A DNA stretch of 8,581 bases, from the IMG/VR virus record IMGVR_UViG_2740892423_000012. One strand, 5' to 3'. The position numbers were made by a program, and so were the translations under genes. This document shows positions 1 to 6,830 of the stretch, piece by piece (the stretch's first letter is position 1; each line of letters opens with the position of its first letter). The notes beneath the pieces were generated by a model. The model did not search any database. It saw nothing but the letters and a program-made list of their open reading frames with translations, and had not been told where the DNA came from. Source of the DNA: a virus (Duplodnaviria > Heunggongvirae > Uroviricota > Caudoviricetes).

Positions 1-30
1 CGCTGTCGTTTTCAAAATCGGTGGAGCTGC

Positions 31-208
31 ATGACAAAGTCATCGGGCATTATCTGAACATAAAACACTATCAATAAGTTGGAGTCATTACCCGAAACGC
101 TCCAGAAATAAACGCAAGCCAATCCCAAAAGAATCTGACGTAAAAACCTTCAATTACACAGCTCACCTGTGGGATATCCGGTGGCTAAGATATCGTGCGA
201 GGAAATGA
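31..208 (+). pseudogene. ninE: ninE-like gene, apparently frameshifted (ATG at 31 reads MTKSSGII then stops at 55-57; the NinE-like reading continues in the next frame to the TGA at 206-208)
   Basis: Frame-2 translation 35..208 ends ...[39 protein letters not shown], matching the lambda NinE C-terminus as I remember it. That frame has a stop at 32-34 and no ATG/GTG/TTG after it. The only nearby ATG (31-33, overlapping the upstream stop as ATGA) is in frame 1 and terminates after 8 codons. Confidence 0.5.
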
Positions 209-552
209 CAATGGATTATTCACAGTTAAGTGATTTTGAAATTAACAGAATGGTAGGAGACATAATTTTTAAAGGCCTTTGGGCAAGTAAACCGGAAACA
301 TCAGGGAATAACACCAACAAATGGTATTACGGAAATGCTGATACAACTTTTGAGCCATTAAATCATTTGCCTGATTACTGCAATGATCCGAGCGCTTCAT
401 GGCCGATTATTGAGAAATACAGGATTTCTATCTTAGACCAGTTAACTGAATGGTGTGTGGATGCAAAAGGCGTAAGCCCAATATTTGATACCAGACCTCT
501 CCGCGCCGCCATGATTGTCTTTCTCCTGATGCAGGAGGCCAATAATGCTTAG
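205..552 (+). CDS. nin-region protein of unknown function, possibly NinX/DUF2591-like (115 aa from ATG 205; alternative start ATG 211)
   Basis: Open frame to TAG 550-552. ATG 205 overlaps the ninE stop (ATGA); GAGGAA at 198-203 could serve ATG 211. Position between ninE and ninF matches the P22-type nin order. Family assignment is from memory and uncertain. Confidence 0.6.
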   Translation: MTMDYSQLSDFEINRMVGDIIFKGLWASKPETSGNNTNKWYYGNADTTFEPLNHLPDYCNDPSASWPIIEKYRISILDQLTEWCVDAKGVSPIFDTRPLRAAMIVFLLMQEANNA

Positions 553-656
553 CCCATCTCAATCCCTTCAATACCTGAAAGGAAGCATAGAGCGGGCTTC
601 AATGTGCACAGAGTGGATTCTATCTAGGTTTAGCGCATACAGAAGATTGCCGGTAA
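545..656 (+). pseudogene. ninF: ninF-like gene, frameshifted and degraded
   Basis: From ATG 545 the translation [18 protein letters not shown] matches the lambda NinF N-terminus as remembered, then diverges. The next frame (603..656) gives CAQSGFYLGLAHTEDCR*, which resembles the NinF CANCG... segment with the CxxC motif degraded. The 64-aa ORF 545..739 in the track is a chimeric read-through. Confidence 0.5.
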
Positions 657-762
657 AGGGCATGCCAAGCAAGTCGATGCTGCATATGCAAAAGAATGCG
701 CGCTGGAAGGTATGGCGAAAACACAGGTTATGTGGCTGAAAGAGGGGATTATTAAGGCGTGA
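634..762 (+). pseudogene. ybcO: C-terminal fragment of a YbcO-like (DUF1364 putative nuclease) gene; 5' part missing
   Basis: Frame-1 translation [42 protein letters not shown] ends with TGA 760-762 overlapping the rusA GTG start (GTGA). In-frame stops lie at 625-627 and 631-633 with no start codon after them. The C-terminus resembles DLP12 YbcO from memory. Confidence 0.5.
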
Positions 763-1121
763 ATACCTACAGCATCACATTACCCTGGCCTCCGAGCAAT
801 AATCGCTATTACCGCCATAATCGCGGGCGCACGCACGTCAGCGCAGAGGGGCAGGCATACCGCGATAACGTCGCCAGAATCATTAAAAACGCAATGCTGG
901 ATATCGGCCTGGCTATCCCTGTGAAAATCCGCATTGAGTGCCACATGCCGGATCGCCGTCGCCGTGACCTGGATAATCTGCAAAAAGCCGCTTTTGACGC
1001 ACTCACTAAAGCAGGTTTCTGGCTGGATGATGCTCAGGTCGTTGATTACCGCGTTGTGAAGATGCCTGTTACCAAAGGTGGGAGGCTGGAACTGACCATC
1101 ACCGAAATGGGGAATAAATGA
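759..1121 (+). CDS. rusA: Holliday junction resolvase RusA (crossover junction endodeoxyribonuclease), GTG start
   Basis: 120-aa translation [38 protein letters not shown]... is recognisably RusA of DLP12-type prophages. Stop TGA 1119-1121. Confidence 0.92.
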   Translation: MNTYSITLPWPPSNNRYYRHNRGRTHVSAEGQAYRDNVARIIKNAMLDIGLAIPVKIRIECHMPDRRRRDLDNLQKAAFDALTKAGFWLDDAQVVDYRVVKMPVTKGGRLELTITEMGNK

Positions 1122-1258
1122 TGTTTGAGTTTTATATGGCAGAACTTCTTCGCCACCGCTGGGGGCATCTGCGCTTATATCGTTTCCCCGGTTCTGTTTT
1201 GACCGATTACCGAATACTGAAGAATTACGCCAAAACCCTGACAGGAGCAGGAGTATGA
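1118..1258 (+). CDS. ylcG: small phage protein YlcG-like (46 aa)
   Basis: ATG 1118 overlaps the rusA stop (ATGA). Translation [46 protein letters not shown], stop 1256-1258. Too short to appear in the ORF track. Gene order rusA-ylcG-Q matches DLP12. Confidence 0.7.
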   Translation: MMFEFYMAELLRHRWGHLRLYRFPGSVLTDYRILKNYAKTLTGAGV

Positions 1259-1343
1259 AGTCAGAGATAACAATCAACTAATACTGTTTTGTTGATTTTT
1301 GCTTGTAATTGGCGTTCTGGTCTGATTTTTGTGGAGTAAGTTG

Positions 1344-1727
1344 ATGCGTGATATTCAGATGGTTCTTGAGCGTTGGGGAGCGTGGGCGGCTAATAATCAT
1401 GAAGATGTGACCTGGTCGTCCATTGCCGCCGGTTTTAAGGGATTAATTACTTCAAAAGTAAAATCTCGCCCGCAATGTTGTGACGATGACGCGATGATTA
1501 TTTGCGGGTGCATGGCCCGTCTGAAAAAGAACAACAGCGATTTGCACGATTTATTAGTAGATTATTATGTAGTCGGTATGACATTCATGTCACTGGCAGG
1601 TAAGCATTGCTGCTCTGATGGTTATATCGGGAAAAGGTTACAGAAGGCTGAGGGCATAATTGAAGGGATGTTAATGGCATTAGATATCCGGTTAGAGATG
1701 GATATCGTTGTTAATAACTCTAATTAA
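1344..1727 (+). CDS. quuD: late-gene antiterminator Q (phage 82 / QuuD type), 127 aa
   Basis: ATG 1344 preceded by GGAG at 1333-1336. Translation [26 protein letters not shown]...DIVVNNSN*. The track's TTG start at 1329 is an upstream extension. Confidence 0.9.
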   Translation: MRDIQMVLERWGAWAANNHEDVTWSSIAAGFKGLITSKVKSRPQCCDDDAMIICGCMARLKKNNSDLHDLLVDYYVVGMTFMSLAGKHCCSDGYIGKRLQKAEGIIEGMLMALDIRLEMDIVVNNSN

Positions 1728-1760
1728 TATGCCAATTATTTACTAAAACTTATTAAAAAT

Positions 1761-1778
1761 GGGGCGTTGAGACGCCCC
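1761..1778 (-). terminator. putative rho-independent terminator for leftward (nmpC) transcription
   Basis: 7-bp GC-rich stem GGGGCGT/ACGCCCC with loop TGAG. On the - strand the hairpin is followed by AUUUUUAAUAAG. It lies about 140 nt downstream of the nmpC stop. Confidence 0.45.
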
Positions 1779-1866
1779 CAAAAATAAAGGGTAATATATA
1801 ACAGAAGGTTTATATAGTTAGAAGCAAGGTTGTGCTTCTAAAGGAAGTGGCTTGAGGGAGCCACTT

Positions 1867-1907
1867 ATATGTTGGGGAGGCAACGCCTCCCGCAACATAT
1901 CTTTTTC
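1867..1907 (+). terminator. long imperfect palindrome followed by a T-run; candidate + strand terminator (tR'-like or Q-operon terminator)
   Basis: ATATGTTG-GGGAGGC-AAC-GCCTCCC-GCAACATAT (1867-1900) followed by CTTTTTCG. Two further stem-loops sit just upstream (1819-1840, 1845-1866). Confidence 0.4.
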
Positions 1908-1916
1908 GTAATCAGA

Positions 1917-3014
1917 TTAGAACTGGTAAACCAGACCTACAGCAACGATGTCATCAGTGCTTACACCGAGTGCTTTAGTGAAGTCATTTTTGTCAAGCAG
2001 GTTGATTTTGTAATCAACGAAAGTAGACATATTTTTGTTGAAGTAATAGGTTGCACCTACATCAACATATTTGACTAAGTCCTGATCGCCCCATACTCCA
2101 AGATCCTTACCTTTAGATTGCAGGTAAGCAACGGACGGACGCAGACCGAAATCGAACTGATATTGTGCAACAGCTTCGAAGTTTTGGGCTTTATTAGCAA
2201 CGAAGTGATCAGCAAATACAGTCATATTCTGGGTTTCAGAATAGGTAGTGGCCAGGTAAATGTTGTTAGCGTCATATTTCAGACCTGCGGCCCAAACTTC
2301 TGCATTTTTACCGGAAGCAAATACTTCAGGAAGAACTTTCCCTGCATTAACTTGAGTGTCGGTACGATCAGATTTCGCATAAGTTGCACCGATACCGAAT
2401 CCTTCGTATTCATAGGTAGCAGAGAAACCGAAGCCATCACCGTTACCTTCAGTGTAGTTATCGAAATCGCTACGATCGTTTTTGCCTTGGTACTGAGCAG
2501 CAAAGTTCAGACCATCAACCAGACCAAAGAAGTCGTTGTTACGATAGGTTGCAACACCAGTTGCACGTTGAGTCATGAACACGTCGGTTTGAGTCCAAGT
2601 GTCACCACCGAATTCTGGCAGGACGTCAGTCCACGCACCGATGTCGTATGCTACACCGTAGTTACGGCCGTAATCGATGGAGCCGTAGTCACCGAATTTC
2701 AGGCCAGCGAAGGCAAGACGGGTTTTATCTTTGGAGGAACCTTGAGATTCAGCGCGGTTGCCTTTGAATTCATATTCCCACTGACCGAAACCAGTCAGTT
2801 GATCGTTGATTTGGGTTTCACCTTTGAAGCCAAGACGGGCATAAGTAGTATCACCATCATCTGCATCATTAGAGGAGAAGTAGTGCTTAGCATTAACTTT
2901 CCCGTACAGATCCAGCTTGTTACTGTCTTTATTATAAATTTCAGCTGCCTGAGCAGACATCGCCATCAGTACTGATGCAGCTACAGCAGAAATTGCCACT
3001 GTTAATTTTTTCAT
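1917..3014 (-). CDS. nmpC: outer-membrane general porin, OmpC/OmpF family (NmpC/Lc-like), 365 aa with signal peptide; intact
   Basis: ATG at 3012-3014 (complement) gives [23 protein letters not shown]|AEIYNK... (cleavable signal peptide) and ends ...VGLVYQF* with the C-terminal Phe typical of beta-barrel porins. The ORF track's 385-aa version begins at an upstream in-frame ATG. No interrupting insertion is present. Confidence 0.9.
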   Translation of the reverse strand: MKKLTVAISAVAASVLMAMSAQAAEIYNKDSNKLDLYGKVNAKHYFSSNDADDGDTTYARLGFKGETQINDQLTGFGQWEYEFKGNRAESQGSSKDKTRLAFAGLKFGDYGSIDYGRNYGVAYDIGAWTDVLPEFGGDTWTQTDVFMTQRATGVATYRNNDFFGLVDGLNFAAQYQGKNDRSDFDNYTEGNGDGFGFSATYEYEGFGIGATYAKSDRTDTQVNAGKVLPEVFASGKNAEVWAAGLKYDANNIYLATTYSETQNMTVFADHFVANKAQNFEAVAQYQFDFGLRPSVAYLQSKGKDLGVWGDQDLVKYVDVGATYYFNKNMSTFVDYKINLLDKNDFTKALGVSTDDIVAVGLVYQF

Positions 3015-3441
3015 CGTGAGCCCTTTTTTTGAACTATTATTAAAAAATGATGTCACTGCGCGATAAATATTCATCTAATCAATGTGATTATTTCAAGATG
3101 TAAGTTTTGGTTTCTCGTTTGATTTGTGAAGTAGATCTCTATTTTTATCTGAACTTTTTTCTATCGAATCCTATTCATGGCTCTTGGCTGAATAAAAATA
3201 AATCTATTAGCCAATTTATATTAACGGCTGTTATTTATAAGTGCTCTATAATTTGAAGGTTCAATTTAAATTGGCTAAAAATAACGCTGGAAATTATTTG
3301 TTGGTTATTTGTTGAGATTTGCTTATGTATTTGTAGTGGTGTTTTCAATACTCGGTAGCATTCTCGCAAATATCATTTAGTGGTTTACGTACGTAAAAAA
3401 TTGGTTATGCTGTTAAGAGTGGTTACTTCGTCACACAGCTT

Positions 3442-3474
3442 AAACCCGCCGTCGAGCGGGTTTTTCCATTTTTT
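3442..3474 (+). terminator. strong rho-independent terminator upstream of the lysis genes (tR'-like)
   Basis: 8-bp stem AAACCCGC/GCGGGTTT with loop CGTCGA, followed by TTTTTCCATTTTTT. It lies about 110 nt upstream of the holin start. Confidence 0.6.
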
Positions 3475-3586
3475 GAGTCTCGATATTAGCTGATAACCCA
3501 ATACCTGAGTTATTCACTGACTCCGAGTCTGTTACGTTTCGTAGTATTCCCTCAATTTACACCCGCTTTGTCTGCGAGGTGGGGTT

Positions 3587-3802
3587 ATGAAATCCATGGA
3601 TAAGTTAACAACGGGTGTCGCCTATGGCACCTCAGCAGGTAGTGCCGGGTACTGGTTTTTACAGCTGCTCGATAAAGTCACGCCCTCACAGTGGGCAGCA
3701 ATAGGTGTGCTGGGTAGCCTGGTATTTGGCCTGCTGACGTACCTGACAAACCTTTATTTCAAGATTAAAGAAGATAAGCGCAAGGCTGCGAGAGGTGAAT
3801 AA
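3587..3802 (+). CDS. essD: class II holin of the phage 21 S (pinholin) type with dual-start motif; 71 aa from ATG 3587, 68 aa from ATG 3596
   Basis: Translation [71 protein letters not shown] has two hydrophobic segments and a charged C-terminus. SD GAGGT at 3576-3580. The Met-Lys-Ser-Met start is the classical antiholin/holin pair. Confidence 0.9.
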
Positions 3803-4299
3803 TGCCTCCATCATTACGAAAAGCTGTTGCTGCTGCTATTGGTGGCGGGGCTATTGCTATAGCATCTGTGTTAATCACTGGCCCAAGTGGTAACGATGGT
3901 CTGGAAGGTGTGAGACATAATCCTTACAAAGACATAGTTGGTGTATGGACTGTATGTTACGGGCATACAGGAAAAGACATCATTCCCGGTAAAACGTATA
4001 CCGAAGCAGAGTGCAAAGCCCTCCTGAATAAAGACCTTGCCACTGTCGCCAGACAAATTAACCGGTACATCAAAGTCGATATACCGGAAACAACGCGCGG
4101 CGCTCTTTACTCGTTCGTCTACAACGTGGGTGCTGGCAATTTCAGAACATCGACGCTTCTTCGCAAAATAAACCAGGGTGATATTAAAGGCGCATGTGAT
4201 CAGCTACGGCGCTGGACATACGCTGGCGGTAATCAATGGAAAGGACTGATGACTCGCCGTGAGATTGAGCGTGAAGTCTGTTTGTGGGGGAAACAATGA
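3802..4299 (+). CDS. rrrD: SAR endolysin (T4 E-like lysozyme with N-terminal signal-anchor-release domain), 165 aa
   Basis: ATG overlaps the holin stop (TAATG). The N-terminal Gly/Ala-rich hydrophobic stretch [20 protein letters not shown] is followed by E-x8-D-x5-T catalytic spacing ([16 protein letters not shown]). Ends ...CLWGKQ*. Confidence 0.9.
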   Translation: MPPSLRKAVAAAIGGGAIAIASVLITGPSGNDGLEGVRHNPYKDIVGVWTVCYGHTGKDIIPGKTYTEAECKALLNKDLATVARQINRYIKVDIPETTRGALYSFVYNVGAGNFRTSTLLRKINQGDIKGACDQLRRWTYAGGNQWKGLMTRREIEREVCLWGKQ

Positions 4300-4754
4300 G
4301 CAGAGTAACCGCGATTATCTCCGCTCTGGTTATCTGCATCATCGTCTGCCTGTCATTGGCTGTTAATCATTACCGTGATAACGCAATCGCCTACAAAGAG
4401 CAGCGCGATAACAAGGCCAGTGAACTGGAGAAGGCGAACGCCACCATCGCTGACATGCGGAAGCGTCAACGTGATGTAGCAGAACTCGACGCAAGATACA
4501 CAAAGGAGCTTGCTGATGCTAACGCGACTATCGAAAGTCTCCGTGCTGATGTTTCTGCTGGGCGTAAGCGCCTGCAAGTCGCCGCCACCTGTGCAAAGTC
4601 AACGACCGGAGCCAGCGGCATGGGCGATGGAGAAAGCCCAGGACTTACAGCAGATGCTGAACTCAATTATTACCGTCTCCGAAGTGGAATCGACAAGATA
4701 ACCGCGCAGGTTAACTACCTGCAGGAATACATCAGGACGCAATGTCTGAAATAA
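4296..4754 (+). CDS. rzpD: Rz i-spanin (inner-membrane spanin subunit), 152 aa
   Basis: ATG 4296 overlaps the endolysin stop (ATGA). N-terminal [21 protein letters not shown] followed by a charged helical periplasmic domain. The track's start at 4284 is an upstream extension. Confidence 0.85.
   Translation: MSRVTAIISALVICIIVCLSLAVNHYRDNAIAYKEQRDNKASELEKANATIADMRKRQRDVAELDARYTKELADANATIESLRADVSAGRKRLQVAATCAKSTTGASGMGDGESPGLTADAELNYYRLRSGIDKITAQVNYLQEYIRTQCLK
4516..4701 (+). CDS. rzoD: Rz1 o-spanin (outer-membrane lipoprotein), embedded in the +1 frame of Rz, 61 aa
   Basis: AAGGAG at 4503-4508 sits 7 nt before ATG 4516. Translation [20 protein letters not shown]|[16 protein letters not shown]... 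has a lipobox Cys and a Pro-rich mature region. It lies wholly inside Rz. Confidence 0.8.
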   Translation: MLTRLSKVSVLMFLLGVSACKSPPPVQSQRPEPAAWAMEKAQDLQQMLNSIITVSEVESTR

Positions 4755-4785
4755 TTTTTTTGCAAATCACAAAGTCCATTTAATG

Positions 4786-4810
4786 AGCCTCGCGATGCGG
4801 GGCTTTTTTG
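4786..4810 (+). terminator. rho-independent terminator after the lysis cassette
   Basis: Stem AGCCTCGC/GCGGGGCT (one G-U wobble) with loop GAT, followed by TTTTTT. Confidence 0.7.
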
Positions 4811-4816
4811 CAATAA

Positions 4817-4843
4817 ATGCGTACCGCAACGCATGTTTTTTTT
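4817..4843 (+). terminator. second tandem terminator
   Basis: Stem ATGCGT/ACGCAT with loop ACCGCA, followed by G and an 8-nt T-run. Confidence 0.55.
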
Positions 4844-4958
4844 ACACCGAACCTGCCCCTTTGGAATGGGCCTTTGAGGATACCAGTTAGTGCTGGCGAG
4901 CCTCGGTGGGCTGGTTTCCTGTGCGGCAAAGGTTCATTTCAAATGGTAGGTAAACGTT

Positions 4959-5480
4959 ATGAATATCGTGCCACTTAATTACAAAGGTGAAATTGTCAGT
5001 TTCAACACTGATGGTTGGATCAACGTCACAGGTGTTGCTGAGAGATTTGGGAAACGCATTGATAACTGGATGCGTTTGGCAGAAACGCTTGAATACGTTC
5101 GTGCTTTAGACGAAGCGTTGACCGGGAAAGAATCTCAAATTTTACATCCCTCACAATCGAGGTATGTAAAAACCAGCAAGGCACGAAAGGACAGGGGTGG
5201 TGGTACGTGGCTACATCCAAAACTTTCAGTTGCATTTGCCCGTTGGTGTGATGCTCGTTTTGCTGTGTGGTGCGATCTGCACATTGATAGTCTGCTTCGC
5301 GGTGAACTGACTGAGCAGCAGAAATATGAGCAAGCATGTCGCATTCGCGATGACCGGAAATCAAAAGCCAGCAATGGGGCAAGAGAGATGGCTCGCTGGC
5401 GATGGGATAAGCCGGTTATTGAAGCAAATGTTGAGTACTGGCGCGAGCAACTGCAGTTGACTCTCGATATCGCGTGCTGA
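4959..5480 (+). CDS. KilA-N domain protein, 173 aa
   Basis: ATG 4959 with a weak SD (AGGT, 7-nt spacing). The segment GGTWLHPKLSVAFARWCDARFAVWCDLHIDSLL matches the conserved core of the KilA-N DNA-binding domain as remembered. The C-terminal third is charged and helical. Confidence 0.7.
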   Translation: MNIVPLNYKGEIVSFNTDGWINVTGVAERFGKRIDNWMRLAETLEYVRALDEALTGKESQILHPSQSRYVKTSKARKDRGGGTWLHPKLSVAFARWCDARFAVWCDLHIDSLLRGELTEQQKYEQACRIRDDRKSKASNGAREMARWRWDKPVIEANVEYWREQLQLTLDIAC

Positions 5481-5697
5481 TGGCAAACGCAAAACTGCGT
5501 TATCGAAAAAATCAAAGCATTACTAGAACTGAGCAACGGCTATCCATTACAAAGCCCATCTACGGGTGGGCTTGATAATGGCTTATACCCTGCACGGGAT
5601 AACTTAACTGATATCCCTTTTAACGGATAAAGGCATTCAAGCCTGACACATCATGCGCTGTATCGTCGCCGTATTCCCGCATTAACCATGACCGTAG

Positions 5698-5949
5698 CCC
5701 GACGGGGAATTCCTTCTGCGTGAGTGTGCGGGAATAATCAAAAACGATGCACACCGAGTTTTTACCGCGTTTATGGTTCGCGGGTTTGTCTCTCATGCTC
5801 CCCGTTCTGCTGCTTGGTTCTTCACGTTACGTGGTTGTCTCCTTTACCCGGAAGATCTGGAGCGCGTCACGCAGATTATTAATGGTGGGAAAAACGGCAT
5901 TAAAGACCGCCGTGAACGTTACGTCAAAGCTAAAGTCGCATTGGTGTGA
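5698..5949 (+). pseudogene. C-terminal remnant of a GH19 (chitinase-like) endolysin
   Basis: Frame-1 translation ...SHAPRSAAWFFTLRGCLLYPEDLERVTQIINGGKNGIKDRRERYVKAKVALV* carries the family-19 IINGG..G motif and a degenerate AWF motif. In-frame stops lie immediately upstream (5689-5697) and no N-terminal catalytic half exists in any frame between 5481 and 5697. Confidence 0.4.
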
Positions 5950-5968
5950 GGTCTATGTGGGAATTGAA

Positions 5969-6247
5969 ATGATTGTCGGCCTGATTGCTGCCTTGCTGGC
6001 AGTAATAGCCGGTGCTTTTGGTCTGGGTAAATCTCGCGGTGCAAGTATCGCTGAGACAAAAGCGAACCAGCAACGCACTAAAGAACGTGCAACTGCTACT
6101 GAAGTCGTTGCAATACGCCGGGTAGAAACAACAAAAGGAGCCTGGGATGTACAGCAGATTGTTAATCATCTTCCTGATGGCGATGTTGACCGTGAGTTGC
6201 GCGAAAGATTTACCCGAAAAAACTGCAGTAACAGACACGGCTTGTGA
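5969..6247 (+). CDS. i-spanin-like protein (N-terminal TMD plus charged helical domain), 92 aa
   Basis: ATG 5969 lies 20 nt after the endolysin-remnant stop. Translation MIVGLIAALLAVIAGAFGLGKSRGASIAETKANQQRTKERATATEVVAIRR.... The 166-aa track ORF from 5747 is an upstream extension through the endolysin remnant in another frame. Confidence 0.5.
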   Translation: MIVGLIAALLAVIAGAFGLGKSRGASIAETKANQQRTKERATATEVVAIRRVETTKGAWDVQQIVNHLPDGDVDRELRERFTRKNCSNRHGL

Positions 6248-6362
6248 CTGGGTGAACATCATCTACCTCACTGAGCACGATATTACCGTGCAGGATAAGC
6301 AGACGAAGCGGGACATATTGGCGCATAACAAATCAGTGCAGGCTAACTGTAGAATGTATTGA
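6147..6362 (+). CDS. o-spanin-like outer-membrane lipoprotein, overlapping the 3' end of the previous gene in the +1 frame and extending beyond it, 71 aa
   Basis: Strong SD AAGGAG at 6135-6140, 6 nt before the ATG. Signal peptide with lipobox MYSRLLIIFLMAMLTVSC; the mature part contains two further Cys residues. The overlapped (P2 LysB/LysC-like) architecture is typical of spanins. Confidence 0.55.
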   Translation: MYSRLLIIFLMAMLTVSCAKDLPEKTAVTDTACDWVNIIYLTEHDITVQDKQTKRDILAHNKSVQANCRMY

Positions 6363-6515
6363 AACTAATACTTTTGTAAGCGAATGTGTGTAAGTGCGAC
6401 ATGGTTGTGTGTTTTATCTAAGAATTGTTTTGCCGTAAAAGAGCATTTTGTGGTTGTAAAAAATGTGGGGAACTCGCTATAGTTCAGCCATAGAAAGCAG
6501 CTTTTCATTTTTTTT

Positions 6516-6536
6516 AAGCCTCATTTGAGGCTTTTT
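6516..6536 (+). terminator. putative rho-independent terminator
   Basis: Stem AAGCCTC/GAGGCTT with loop ATTT, followed by a T-run, and preceded by a T-run. Confidence 0.45.
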
Positions 6537-6561
6537 GCACATTTAGAAATTGAGTAAATGG

Positions 6562-6599
6562 CACATATAGTGTTTTCAGTGTTAAAAAAACACTATATG
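6562..6599. promoter_or_regulatory. perfect 14-bp inverted repeat (operator-like) with overlapping -10-like hexamer
   Basis: ACATATAGTGTTTT (6562-6575), 10-bp spacer, AAAACACTATATGT (6586-6599). TATAGT at 6566-6571 lies inside the left arm. The repeat sits 26 nt upstream of the 66-aa ORF start. Confidence 0.45.
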
Positions 6600-6624
6600 T
6601 AGCACTACAATAGGAGATTCCACT

Positions 6625-6825
6625 ATGAGCCCGGCTGAGTTCTACGATTTCTATGGCATTAAACCTGCAGAGATGATGACTGGAGAAACTGTTAACAACT
6701 TTGCTTCCAGGGTACTTGCTCAACAAACGAGTACGAGTGGTAGTACCGGCGTTTGGTACTCTCAAGGTACTGCAGCGCAGGCTAAGCAAAATCAAAGTAC
6801 ACATCATCAACTTTACACCTACTAA
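6625..6825 (+). CDS. small hypothetical protein (66 aa), first gene of a two-gene operon
   Basis: Good SD AGGAG at 6611-6615, 9 nt before ATG 6625. Translation MSPAEFYDFYGIKPAEMMTGETVNNFASRVLAQQTSTSGSTGVWYSQGTAAQAKQNQSTHHQLYTY. The stop is 5 nt before the next ATG. No family recognised. Confidence 0.55.
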   Translation: MSPAEFYDFYGIKPAEMMTGETVNNFASRVLAQQTSTSGSTGVWYSQGTAAQAKQNQSTHHQLYTY

Positions 6826-6830
6826 ACACC

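Noticed and set aside
545-739. 64-aa ORF taken as an intact gene
   Set aside because: Only the first ~18 residues look like NinF; the rest is out-of-frame read-through. The adjacent frames hold the recognisable NinF and YbcO-like segments.
780-1277. 165-aa ORF on the - strand (and the nested 809..1006 ORF)
   Set aside because: Lies entirely antisense to rusA and ylcG, which have clear identities and coupled starts; no RBS; the translation is compositionally odd.
2118-2975. 285-aa ORF on the + strand (and 1869..2078, 2279..2503)
   Set aside because: Antisense shadow ORFs of the porin gene, whose own translation has a signal peptide and a C-terminal Phe.
1917-3074. 385-aa version of the porin with a 20-residue N-terminal extension
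   Set aside because: The extension ([20 protein letters not shown]) precedes a canonical signal peptide starting MKKLTV; the internal ATG at 3014-3012 is the likely start.
4353-4666. 74-aa and 66-aa - strand ORFs, and the 61-aa ORF 3871..4056
   Set aside because: Inside Rz and the endolysin on the opposite strand; no support.
5026-5536. 118-aa and 133-aa - strand ORFs
   Set aside because: Antisense to the KilA-N gene; Cys/His/Ser/Arg-rich compositions typical of spurious frames.
5747-6247. 166-aa ORF taken as a single CDS
   Set aside because: Its first 74 codons overlap the GH19 remnant in another frame and look non-protein-like. The plausible gene starts at ATG 5969, where a hydrophobic TMD begins.
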